DNA of 64,000 nucleotides from an uncultured Gammaproteobacteria bacterium (GTDB lineage: Bacteria > Patescibacteriota > Patescibacteriia > UBA1558 > 2-01-FULL-52-15). The DNA lies in contig CAYOCJ010000002.1 of assembly GCA_964402565.1 (NCBI GenBank), positions 391,340 through 455,339 on the forward strand, read 5' to 3'. A program made the translations under genes and the position numbers. Shown one piece after another: positions 10,594 through 21,100 of the stretch (the first letter of the stretch is position 1; each line of letters opens with the position of its first letter). Under the pieces are notes generated by a model. It was not told where the DNA came from, made no database searches, and saw only the letters and a program-made list of their open reading frames with translations.

Positions 10594-11145
10594 ATGATAT
10601 TGGATTTTCTGAAGCGCGCAGGGCTTCTCATCTTCGAAACATTCAAGGTAGTGTTGATCTCGCTGGCTATCATATTGCCAATCAGGTATTTTTTGATCCA
10701 GCCATTCTATGTCGAAGGCGCCTCAATGGAGCCGAATTTCTATTCAAAGGAGTATCTCATCATTGATGAGATCAGTTATCGCTTTCATAGCCCCGCCCGC
10801 GGAGAAGTGGTTGTCCTCAGGAATCCCCAGAATACAAGCCAGTTCTATATTAAACGCATCATCGGCTTGCCAGGCGAGAAGATAAAGATGGATCAGGGGC
10901 ATATGTATATAAATGATAAAGAATTGAAAGAAGCCTATCTTTCAGATGTCTTTGCAACGCAGGCTTCGATGCCTGAGCAAACCCTGGGCGCAGGACAGTA
11001 CTTCGTCATGGGCGACAATCGCGCCAATAGCCTTGATTCCAGGATCCTCGGTCCGGTGCCATTCCAGTATCTGATCGGCAGGGTTTGGGTCAGGGGATGG
11101 CCGTTTAATCGCATCAGTTTATTTGGCGCCCCCAGCTATAATTAA
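10594..11145 (+). CDS. lepB: Signal peptidase I
   Basis: GASMEPNF (catalytic Ser box), IKRIIGLPGE, GDNRANSLDSR; start taken at MILDFLKRAG (ATG 10594) after a divergent AT-rich intergenic region. Confidence 0.85.
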   Translation: MILDFLKRAGLLIFETFKVVLISLAIILPIRYFLIQPFYVEGASMEPNFYSKEYLIIDEISYRFHSPARGEVVVLRNPQNTSQFYIKRIIGLPGEKIKMDQGHMYINDKELKEAYLSDVFATQASMPEQTLGAGQYFVMGDNRANSLDSRILGPVPFQYLIGRVWVRGWPFNRISLFGAPSYN

Positions 11146-11146
11146 T

Positions 11147-12490
11147 ATGTCGCAGACGCCGAAATCAAAAAAGCAAACATTCCAGCTGCTTCGCGGCATG
11201 AAGGATGTATTGCCTGATGAAGATCGCTACTGGTATTTCATGTATGACCGCGCCGCCGATTTTGCGCGCCGCTATGGATTCAGAAAAATAGAACCTCCGG
11301 TTCTGGAACAATCTGGTTTATATTTACGTTCGACCGGCACGAGCTCAGATATCGTTACGAAGGAAATGTATGCTTTTGTCGATCCGGGCAATGAAAAGAT
11401 CGCATTGCGGCCCGAGTTCACCCCTGGCATCAATCGAGCCTATATTGAGCATGGCATGTTCAATCAGCCTCAGCCGGTGAAGTTGTTTTCTTTCGGCCCT
11501 GTGTTTCGGCACGATCGTCCGCAGGCCGGCAGATACCGCCAGCATACGCAGATCGATTTCGAATGCATCGGCGATCAAAGCCCTATTCTCGACGCACAAT
11601 TGATCAGCATGGGGTATCAATTTTATGCGACCTTAGGTTTGAATGTACAGATCGATATCAATAGCATCGGCTGTTCAGTGTGCCGGCCGCGCTATGTGAA
11701 GAAATTAACTACGTTTTTGACCGATAATAAAAAAAGCCTGGGCGAGGATGATATGGAGCGCCTGAAGAAAAATCCTTTGCGCGTTTTGGATACCAAGGAT
11801 CCGGCTGTAGTAGAACTGCTCCTGCAGGCTCCGCAAAGCGTGGATTATTTGTGCGATGAATGCAAGGATCATTTCGTTCTCGTACTCGAATATTTGGATG
11901 AGCTGGAAGTAACCTATAATCTGAACCCGCGCATAGTCCGGGGATTGGATTATTATACGAAGACGACTTGGGAGATCTTTGAGAGCGGCAAGTCCGGTTC
12001 CCAGGATTCATTGGGCGGCGGCGGAAGATATGATGAGCTGCTGCATACGATCGGCGCTCGGGCAAAAACACCGGCGGTCGGTTTCGCGCTCGGTGTTGAA
12101 CGAGCAATCACGAAACTTCGTGCGAATGATATCGCGGTTCCGAATTTACAGAAAGCAGAAGTCTATATTGCACAGCTTGGAAAAGAAGCAAAGAAAAAAG
12201 CATTGAAATTATTCAAGCAGCTGAACGAGCAAGGCTACCTGGTCGCTGAGAATTTTTCGAAGGATGGATTGAAGTCCCAGCTCGAAGCTGCAGACCGGCT
12301 CGGCGTGAAGTATGCTTTGATCATCGGCCAGCAGGAGATCGTAGATAATACGGTGCTCATCAGAGATATGGAAAATGGAAATCAGGAAACAGTGGATTGG
12401 TCGAAGATCGTCGCAGAAGTATCGAAGCATCTTGAGAAGAGCGTCCGGTCGAAGCGCCTCGAACGCTCATTGCCCCCACCCGCTGTATAA
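11147..12490 (+). CDS. hisS: Histidyl-tRNA synthetase
   Basis: Class II aaRS motifs (FRHDRPQAGRYRQHTQ, GGGGRYDEL) and a C-terminal anticodon-binding domain. Confidence 0.9.
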   Translation: MSQTPKSKKQTFQLLRGMKDVLPDEDRYWYFMYDRAADFARRYGFRKIEPPVLEQSGLYLRSTGTSSDIVTKEMYAFVDPGNEKIALRPEFTPGINRAYIEHGMFNQPQPVKLFSFGPVFRHDRPQAGRYRQHTQIDFECIGDQSPILDAQLISMGYQFYATLGLNVQIDINSIGCSVCRPRYVKKLTTFLTDNKKSLGEDDMERLKKNPLRVLDTKDPAVVELLLQAPQSVDYLCDECKDHFVLVLEYLDELEVTYNLNPRIVRGLDYYTKTTWEIFESGKSGSQDSLGGGGRYDELLHTIGARAKTPAVGFALGVERAITKLRANDIAVPNLQKAEVYIAQLGKEAKKKALKLFKQLNEQGYLVAENFSKDGLKSQLEAADRLGVKYALIIGQQEIVDNTVLIRDMENGNQETVDWSKIVAEVSKHLEKSVRSKRLERSLPPPAV

Positions 12491-12513
12491 GGGCGCATGC
12501 ATGAAAATGTAGA

Positions 12514-12542
12514 AAAAACCTCACGCAGCGTGAGGTTTTTTG
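12514..12542 (+). terminator. Intrinsic terminator after hisS
   Basis: aacctcacg-cagc-gtgaggtt hairpin followed by a T run. Confidence 0.5.
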
Positions 12543-12614
12543 GTATGAAAACCGTCATAGAGCAAGCCATATGAATGTTCGCTAGCTGCTGTGCAAAAGT
12601 AGGACCAGGAATCA

Positions 12615-12643
12615 TTGACACCAGTTGCTTAAGTTGTTATTAT
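12615..12643 (+). promoter_or_regulatory. Candidate sigma70 promoter for rpsU
   Basis: TTGACA - 17 nt - TATTAT read directly upstream of rpsU. Confidence 0.4.
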
Positions 12644-12671
12644 TTTGGTACTATAGACTATAGAAAGGAAG

Positions 12672-12923
12672 GTGACCACCGTGGTAGAAGTAAAGAAGAA
12701 AGACGGCGAGTCCTTTGAAAGTTTAGTCCGACGATTTAGCCGCAGAACGTTACAGAGCGGTAGGCTCTTGCAGGCAAAAAAAATTCGTTTTTTCACGAAG
12801 CCTGAAAGCAGCCTCATGAAGAAAGAAGGCGCATTGCGACGAAAGAAGAACCGAGCGCAGCGCGAGTACTTGAAACGAATCGGCAAATTGGACGAAACGC
12901 AAGAACGCCGCAGACGATTTTAG
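12672..12923 (+). CDS. rpsU: 30S ribosomal protein S21
   Basis: VEVKKKDGESFESLVRRFSRR...KKNRAQREYLKR; GTG start (12672 or 12681). Confidence 0.8.
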   Translation: MTTVVEVKKKDGESFESLVRRFSRRTLQSGRLLQAKKIRFFTKPESSLMKKEGALRRKKNRAQREYLKRIGKLDETQERRRRF

Positions 12924-12932
12924 TTTACGCTA

Positions 12933-13424
12933 ATGACACTTGTTCAAAAAATAGAACAAGACCTAATCGAGAGCCAGCGAGCAAAGCAGCAATCAAAAAC
13001 TGCTGTTTTGCGTTTAAAGCAGCAATCAAAAACTGCTGTTTTGCGTTTAATGAAGAATGCTCTGAAGAATGCTGCGATAGAGAAACGGCTCGATCTTGCA
13101 GAGATGCCTGATGAGCAAGTCGTTGCCGTCATGCGAACGGAAGTGAAAAAACGCAAAGAAGCCATTGATGCATTCATGAAAGGCGGGCGTCCTGAGCTTG
13201 CGAAGAATGAGCAGGATGAACTCGCGATGATCGAGAGTTATTTGCCGGCATTCATGCCAGCGGATGAAGTGAAAAAAATAATTGATGAGGTCGTGAGTGA
13301 ACAGCAGCTGCATCCGCCTTATCAATTCGGGATGCTGATGGGCGCGGTGGTAAAAAAGATCGCCGGTCGCGCAGACGGTGCTGTGGTGAAAGAAGCTGTG
13401 CAACAATTCATAGCAGGAAGCTAG
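12933..13424 (+). CDS. yqeY: GatB/YqeY domain protein
   Basis: YqeY-like sequence (AIEKRLDLAEMPDEQVVAVMRTEVKKRKEAIDAFMKGGRPELAKNEQDELAMIESYLP); conserved rpsU-yqeY adjacency. Confidence 0.75.
   Translation: MTLVQKIEQDLIESQRAKQQSKTAVLRLKQQSKTAVLRLMKNALKNAAIEKRLDLAEMPDEQVVAVMRTEVKKRKEAIDAFMKGGRPELAKNEQDELAMIESYLPAFMPADEVKKIIDEVVSEQQLHPPYQFGMLMGAVVKKIAGRADGAVVKEAVQQFIAGS
12985..13050 (+). repeat. Perfect 33-bp tandem direct repeat (x2) inside yqeY
   Basis: agcagcaatcaaaaactgctgttttgcgtttaa occurs twice back to back, encoding KQQSKTAVLRL twice in frame. Confidence 0.85.
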
Positions 13425-13450
13425 ACAGCAACATATTATCGTTTCAACCC

Positions 13451-15184
13451 ATGCTTACAAAAACAAAAAAACTAATCCTGCTCACGCTTATCGTGACCTC
13501 TGTTGCGATAGGCTTTTTTATTTTTAGAAGCACTGCGGTATTTGCGCAAGCGTCCCTCGACTTCCCCACAAGTTTCGCTGGATTCAGTTCGCAAGATTTG
13601 AAAACCACGATCGAGAATATCGTTCGCATCGTTCTTGGCTTCATCGGATTTATCTTTTTGTTGCTGCTGCTCTATGCAGGTTTTGTATGGATGACGTCAG
13701 GCGGAGACGAGAAGAAGATCACGCGGGCAAAAAAGATCATCGCAAGCTCCGTGATTGGATTATTGCTGACGCTCTCGGCGTATGCCATCGCAAGCTTCAT
13801 AGTGCAGCGCCTGACCGGAGCCGCTGAGAATGGATCTGTCGGCAGCTCAAGTACTGGACCCGGAGGTTTTGGCTATGCGCTCGGCTCTGGTGCTTTGGAA
13901 AGCCATTACCCGGGACGCAATGCCCGCGATATTCCTCGCAATACCAATATCTACATCACGTTCAAAGAAGCTATGGATGTGAAGACCATTTGCGATCCGG
14001 GTCCTGACGGCACCTACGGAACTCCTGATGATCCAAATCGCGTCAATACGGCAAGCATACAGCTCAAAGATATGAATAGCCTGGAGCCTGCTGACTCGAA
14101 CGATACAGCGAACGACGATACGCTTGAGGGAATTACCTGTCAGCCGACGGACGCATCATTGAAGACCTTCAAATTCGACCCGACTGCAAACCTTGGCACG
14201 GGAACGGGTAATGTGCCGTATAATGTGATTTTGGTTCCGCATCAGATCAAAACCGCTGACAATGAAGATGCCTTAGCGTTCGGATATAGCTGGCGCTTCA
14301 CCGTGAACTCGGTTCTGGATGAAACGCCGCCAAAGATCATAAGCGTGTATCCGAATATGGGGGACATAGTGCCTCGCAACAGTATCGTGCAGATTAACTT
14401 CTCAGAACCAGTAGATCCGACCAATGCAGCAGGTTTTTATTCTCCAACGTCAACTCCGGCCTCGCTGTATAACAGTATTACTCTTGACGATCAACCAGCT
14501 CCAAAACCAGCGAATGCTTACTACTTAGCAGGAACGTATGCATCGGCCAATCAATATCAATCTACGGAATTTATTTCGAATGAACTCTGCGGTCAGAATT
14601 CTTGCGGCGAAAAAGTGTATTGTCTGCCCGGATTAATTACTATCTATGGCGAGGTAACCAGCGCTATTACTGATATGGCAGGCAATCATCTCGATGGAGA
14701 GTTCCCGGCACCGTATACATTTCCGTCAGGTGATGGCACGGCCGGAGGTAATTTCGACTGGCGATTCCAGACCACGAATACCCTGGACTTGAAACCGCCT
14801 TTGATGCTGACGCGAAATCCTGGCAGGAATGCGACTGATGTGGATGTGTACAAGCCTATCACCATGGATTTCAATAAAAAATTGTCGGCTTCGAGCCTGA
14901 CCTCGACCAATGTCGGCTTCTATCGCACCTATCCGTATCCAGGAGGCACGGCGTGGGACGATCAGATAAACTATTGGGTTAGTAAAGACGATACAAAGAA
15001 CTTAGATACTGATCCGGAAACCGAGACGCAGGTGATCATCGGCCATGATATTTTCAAACCGCTTACTCCGTATCATCCGGGCGCAAGTTCAGAGATCCGT
15101 GACGTGAGCCAAAACTGTTATTTCCCGGCTCAATGCGATGCGCCGCCCTATGACGGAGTAGGCAGTCTTGCAGAATGTAATTAA
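13451..15184 (+). CDS. Secreted/membrane protein: signal peptide + VirB2/TrbC-like helix-loop-helix pilin module + three SbsA-type bacterial Ig-like domains
   Basis: Signal peptide (AVFA|QA), then IVRIVLGFIGFIFLLLLLYAGFVWMTSGGDEKKITRAKKIIASSVIGLLLTLSAYAIASFIVQRLTG (two hydrophobic helices joined by a basic loop, W-M at the helix-1 end and LTG at the helix-2 end as in VirB2), then Ig-like repeats (PRNTNIYITFKEAMD..., PKIISVYPNMGDIVPRNSIVQINFSEPVDP...). Confidence 0.7.
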   Translation: MLTKTKKLILLTLIVTSVAIGFFIFRSTAVFAQASLDFPTSFAGFSSQDLKTTIENIVRIVLGFIGFIFLLLLLYAGFVWMTSGGDEKKITRAKKIIASSVIGLLLTLSAYAIASFIVQRLTGAAENGSVGSSSTGPGGFGYALGSGALESHYPGRNARDIPRNTNIYITFKEAMDVKTICDPGPDGTYGTPDDPNRVNTASIQLKDMNSLEPADSNDTANDDTLEGITCQPTDASLKTFKFDPTANLGTGTGNVPYNVILVPHQIKTADNEDALAFGYSWRFTVNSVLDETPPKIISVYPNMGDIVPRNSIVQINFSEPVDPTNAAGFYSPTSTPASLYNSITLDDQPAPKPANAYYLAGTYASANQYQSTEFISNELCGQNSCGEKVYCLPGLITIYGEVTSAITDMAGNHLDGEFPAPYTFPSGDGTAGGNFDWRFQTTNTLDLKPPLMLTRNPGRNATDVDVYKPITMDFNKKLSASSLTSTNVGFYRTYPYPGGTAWDDQINYWVSKDDTKNLDTDPETETQVIIGHDIFKPLTPYHPGASSEIRDVSQNCYFPAQCDAPPYDGVGSLAECN

Positions 15185-15185
15185 T

Positions 15186-18100
15186 ATGCATTTCAGGCTT
15201 TCATCACGATTGAAAAAGATCATTCTCGGGCTAGTACTCGCTGGAGGAGTCGCTGTCTTCACGCATAGTGCTCTCGCACAAGTTTCTGTGGATCTGCCGA
15301 CCAGCTTTGCCGGATTCAGTTCGCAGGATTTGAAATTGACGATCGCGAATATCGTGCGGATCGTTCTCGGGTTCATCGGAATTCTATTCTTGTTATTAGT
15401 TCTGTATGGAGGCCTGGTATGGATGACATCTCAAGGACAGCCTGACAAGATCAATAGAGCAAAGAAAATAATCGCATCGGCAGTTATCGGTTTGCTTATC
15501 GTATTATCCGCTTATTCCATCGCAGGATTTATCGTCGGCAGTTTACAGGGAGCGGTCAGCCCGACACCGCCAGGGCCTCCTGCTGTTTGCGGTGATGGCG
15601 CAGTTACCGGCGGTGAGCAATGTGATGATGGCAATACGCTGAATGGAGATGGCTGCTCTGCATTCTGTGCCATTGAAGGCGTTATCCCTGGATGCACATT
15701 GCCGACAGTACCTGGTAGCGTGAAAGTATGTAATGTCACCAATCCTGCCTATCGATCACAGGTCGCTGTTATCAATGGATATAACTTCGGAGCAAGCGTT
15801 GGAACGGTCACTATCAACGGCGTTGCGGTAACGCCGGTCGCTTGCGGACCATCATCTGGCTGGAGCGGCGGTTCTATCGTGGTAGATATTCCTGCAACGA
15901 TACCGCTGGGCACTATCGGAGCGCAGAACGTGGTCGTTACCCGGTCAGATTCTGCTACATGTGCTGCCGGGAATTGCGGTGTCACGAACGTCAGCATTGG
16001 TTCAAGCCCGTTCATCAGGTGTATGACGCCGAATTTCGGACCGTCAAACGGTACCGGCGACATCAAGGTTGAAGGCGGAAACTTCGGCACCGTACAAGGT
16101 AATATTGAAATGGAAGGAGCCGCGCCTGCGCCCGCGAACCGATTCCTCGTAGGAGCTGCGAATCTCATCGGACCGTGGACTAATGAAGAAGTGCACTTCA
16201 GAGCGCCGGCAGCCGGGGCCCCTCAACAAGCAGTGTCAGGCGATGTAGTGCTGGTCACTTCTACAGCAGCGCGAAGCAATGGCATGCCGTTCACCGTGAC
16301 CTGTTCTGTGGCAAGCAGCGCTTCATCAGAGTGTGCGACTAACTGTTGCACGCCTTCATTGCAATGCCGTCCTATGCTTGAATGTGTTGCAGCTGCTGCA
16401 GGAGGGCCGTTCATCTCGAGCATTAATCCGAATAATGGAGAAGAAGGGAATTATGTCACGATCAATGGAAGCGGCTTTGGAGCCGCCAGGGGAACGAGCG
16501 TTTTGCATTTTTTGTGGCCTGACGCAACCAATACAGATTATCCAAATAGTTTCCCATCGAACCCTGCTTGTACAGCAAACTGGTCAGACACCCAGATCAT
16601 CATGGAGGTTCCGCCAGTGGGCGGGGTAGGAGATGGCCCTGATTCACCGCCGAATGGCATCGTATGGGTGACCACCGGCGTGGGAGATTCAAATCAAGTT
16701 CCATTTACGATCAATGATATCGTGCGCCCGGGCCTCTGCAAAGTTTCACCGACATCTGGCTTCCCGAATCTGCCCCCGCCTTTCCATCTGAACGGAAATA
16801 ATATGTCTGGTGCTGCTCAGAAGATCTTTTTCGGCGTACCTCCGGGCATTGATGCGACCAGCCCGAACTTTATCGATGCGCAGAATGCGGATGGCATGAT
16901 CCCGAATCTGATAGCAGGCACGACGACCGTTGCATTTTCTGTGGGTGTCGGCGCTGCAACTCAGTATTCGAACCCATTGGACTTCGCAGTGCTCGGTGTC
17001 GCTGCAGGAGATCCTATCATCAATTCGGTCACTCCACTGAGCGGACCATCAGGAACCTATGTGACCATACAAGGTGCGAATTTTGGAACGACGATCGGGA
17101 AAGTGTTCCTGAGCCCCATCGGACATCCAGGATGCGGCCCCGGTTCTCCGTCGCCTACGGGCAATGATTGTCTTGCAGATATTGCATTTCCTGCGATGTG
17201 CAGCACTGATTTCTGGCGTGACGACCAGATCATTGTGAAAGTTCCGAAGACCGGACCTCCAGGCAATACGCCAGCGGGGAATTATTTCTTCATCGTTCAG
17301 CGGGCGAGCACGCCGGTGAAAACATCTCAAATGGTTTCGATACCTAATACGAATGGTATCTTTGTAAAAAATGACGCGTTGCCTGTCACCCCAGGGTTGT
17401 GCCGCATCAATCCCGTCGGAGGTCCTGCAGGAACGCCGGTAGATTATTTTGGTGAAAATTTCGGAGTCACCCCTGGTCCGCAAAGCTCAATTTGGTTCGA
17501 TAAGGATGCCGGCGTGACGACAGGTTTCACCTGGACCGATACGCAAGTCCTTGGCGCCGTCGTACCGGGCAGCGCTATTACGGGCACGACTACCGTTCAG
17601 CACAATGACCGTAATCGCAGCAATCCGATCCCGTTCTTTGTCGGGTCATGTACTTCAAACCTACAATGCGGCAGCGCTACGTGTTGCAGCGGCGTGTGTC
17701 GCGTGGGTGCTTGCAATGCAACGACGCATGATGAAAACAACTGGCAGTTCACGTCAGGACAATATGATTTCGATCTTGAACGCAGACAGCAATGCACCGA
17801 GGGAATGCAGACACCGACGCCATTCCCGTATGATCATGTGAATATGAACTGGGATGGATTCTTTGACCCGGTCATCCTGCCGGTCTATGACGAGAATGAT
17901 CCAATAACCAATGCGCCTCTGGACGTTGCGATCGCCGCAGAATTTAATAGGCCTCTAAATTATGCGACCATCGAAGGTCCGTTGCCGGCATTTACTGACA
18001 ATGGTGTCCGCATTTTCAGATGCAATGCTGCAAGCCCGACGTTTAATGGCACCGGATGTACTGAAGTTACCGGTGATGGAGATTTTGCACCGCTCGGCAG

Positions 18101-21100
18101 CGTTGGCTTCAAGTGGACATTGCATAGTGGCCTGAAATTGAATCCGGAGACGTGGTATGAAGTTCGTCTTGATGACGGGTCCGGAACGCCGACAAGCCGC
18201 ATACAGGCAGTCGACGGCAGCTTCTATAAAGGAAGCCAATTCCTCGGCGATGATACTTCTTTGCAGGAGCCTGATGACTTTAAGTGGCATTTCAGAACAC
18301 GGACCGTGGTACAGGGAAGCTGCGAGATCAATGCGGTCTCGCTCAATCCGGCGACGTTGACCGTGCCGGTCGGCGGCATAGGCGGGCCGATGGTCGCCGT
18401 CCCGACCAGCGCTCAGTGTTATGTGTGCGGCGGCGATTATCTGTATGACTGGGATCCAAATCCTATCGGCGCAGCTCCATATGCAACCTATAATCCCGTC
18501 AATCCGCCTTTTTCCTATCAGACTAATTTTTCAGGTTTGAATATAACGCCTGCACCGGTAGATATAACGGCGACATTGCGCGGGAGCAGCAATCCATCAG
18601 GTATTCCGATTACGAGCAATACCGCAGCGCTGAGTGTCGCCTTTATACCGCCGTATGTGACGAGCCATTCTCCTGATTCAAGCTGTGAAGCGGTGTGCAG
18701 GAACGTAGCGCCCTTTGCGACATTCAATATGAATGTCCGCTCGTCAACGATCACGACTGCCAATATACAGATACGACAATGTAATGCAGCGGATCCGCTG
18801 TGTACGACATATACAGGCGGGCCAGTGCCGATCACGCTCGTCCCATTACCAGCTGCACCAGATACCAATCGTGTCGACATCACGCCGACCGGCGGTTTGC
18901 TTCCAGCAACAAAATACCGCGTTATATTGACTAACGGCATTCAGAATTCACAGGGCCAGGGTCTTACATTATTGAACTATCCTTCAGGCGCGCCGACATC
19001 GTATTCATGGACTTTCCAGACTTCATTAGCGATTTGCGAAGCTGATGGTCTCAATGTGACGCCGGTCACTGCAACCATACCATCGCTTGGCGGCACGCAA
19101 GATTATATTGCGCATCCGACCGCTACGCTGAATTGCGGATCAGGCCCTGTGCCAGTTGGCATTGATGCAAATCGATACAACTATGGCTGGTACTCAAATA
19201 ACTTCACCGTAGCAACGATGATGTCGAGCACGTTGAACCAGGGCACTATGCAGGGAGTTAGTGCAGTTTTGGGTATACCGCCCGGAATAACGCAAGCGCA
19301 TGTAGATATGACGAATAAGGCTGGCAATCCAGCTGTCAATCTTTCAGCTGAAGGCGAAGTGGTTGTAAAAGATTCCAGAAAGCCGATAAATTTCATCGGC
19401 CATAGGCCTGATGATGCGCCGCATTCACCGCCGGAAAACGCTTCAGCTGCATGTGCGGTGCAGCCACCCGGAACGGCCGATCCGCTGCAATGCGCGAATC
19501 AATGCAGGAACGTACAGGTCAGTGCATTCTTCAGCACTCCCATTGATCCGAATTCATTTGCATCAGGACCTCCTTCAGGACTTGTTGCGCGCTATACGTT
19601 CGATGATGGAACCGGCAAAGATGTCGTCGGCGGCAATACTGCTGTTCTTGCAGCTGCACCGAGCGACCCGGCTGCTGTGTCAGGCGCACAATGCGTACTC
19701 AATAGATGTATGGACCTTGACCTCGGAGCTCCGCCGTTCAGCGCAAGTTCTGATAACATGACGGTGACTAATTTCAGCGGACTGCCAACCAATGAAATCA
19801 GCATTTCGGCTTGGGTAAGCGCAAGGACATTCACCGGCGTGGGCCAGAGAATTCTTGGCCATGATTGGGCGACTACCAATACTCCTGGGTGTACAGCTGG
19901 TCAGGCAAACGTTGGGGGTAACCCAGCGAACCCGCCATGCGTCTATAATCATGGATGGCTCTTATATGCGTATGCTCCGGGCGATTTCTATTTCGGAGTT
20001 TACGGTTCGCCGTGGAACGATCAGCATGTTGCTCGCTTTACAGCACCGACCGCATCTCCAAATACGTTGTATCATCTGGTAGGCACCTATGATGGATCGA
20101 TCGTGAAACTGTATGTGAATGGCGTGGCAGCTCCAGATGCAAATGGCTGGAGCCCGTCAACGCCGTCACCGATCGTACTTGATACCACAGGCGATGTAGT
20201 GTTCGGCTCTTCATTCGATGGCGCTCTTGATGATGTTCAGATCTATAATCGCGCCTTGTCACCGGTCGAGGTTAGCCAAGTACGCTTGATGGCCACTGGC
20301 GCTGCAGGCGCATCGGCCAATTTTAATGTGACTGACATGGCCACTGGTGCTGTCGTACCTGGAACGATCTCGGTCCATAATTACCAAGACCCTGCCTCGG
20401 GTGTTTGTACGATAAATACAGCAGTCGTTTGTAATCCCTCTCTCGCATGTCCGGCAGGAGCAGGTGAATGCAATTATACGCGGGGACGTGTCGACTTTAC
20501 CCCGGCGCTTGCATCTACCGCTGCATCTACTGCAGGGCTGGTTTCGAAGTATAGTTTCGACGCAGGGACTGCTCAAGATGAAGTTGGTGCGAATAATGGC
20601 ACGCTGAACGGAGGAGTAATCGCAACAGCGCCGAATGCTTCAATTCCGTACCTGCAAGGAGGCATGAGCCTTGATGGCGTCGATGATAATATTTCATTCC
20701 CCGCAGGGACAAACTATGACTATCCTAATTTTACGGTTTCATTCTGGGCCAAGGCAAATACGGTGGCATTGAAGCATGTCACCACAATGATCGGCAAGGG
20801 AGATTGGAATGATCCTGCGAATCACAATTGGTACCTAGGGTTTAAAGGCCAAGACATAGCCCCGCGAGATGCAACCAGTGTTTCATTCGTCTATGGTGTG
20901 CCCTGGGATAGCGGAGCATCATTAGCAATGTCCAGCTTTGATGCAACGCAATGGCATCACTATGCCGGCGTAGCTACTCCGACAAACGAGTATCTCTATA
21001 TAGACGGCACATTGCGCGCATCGATTGCGGCCGGCCACGCAAGCGTTAGCAATGGCCAGCCGGGTACGATCGGACACACAAGCTATATACCAAATCTGCC

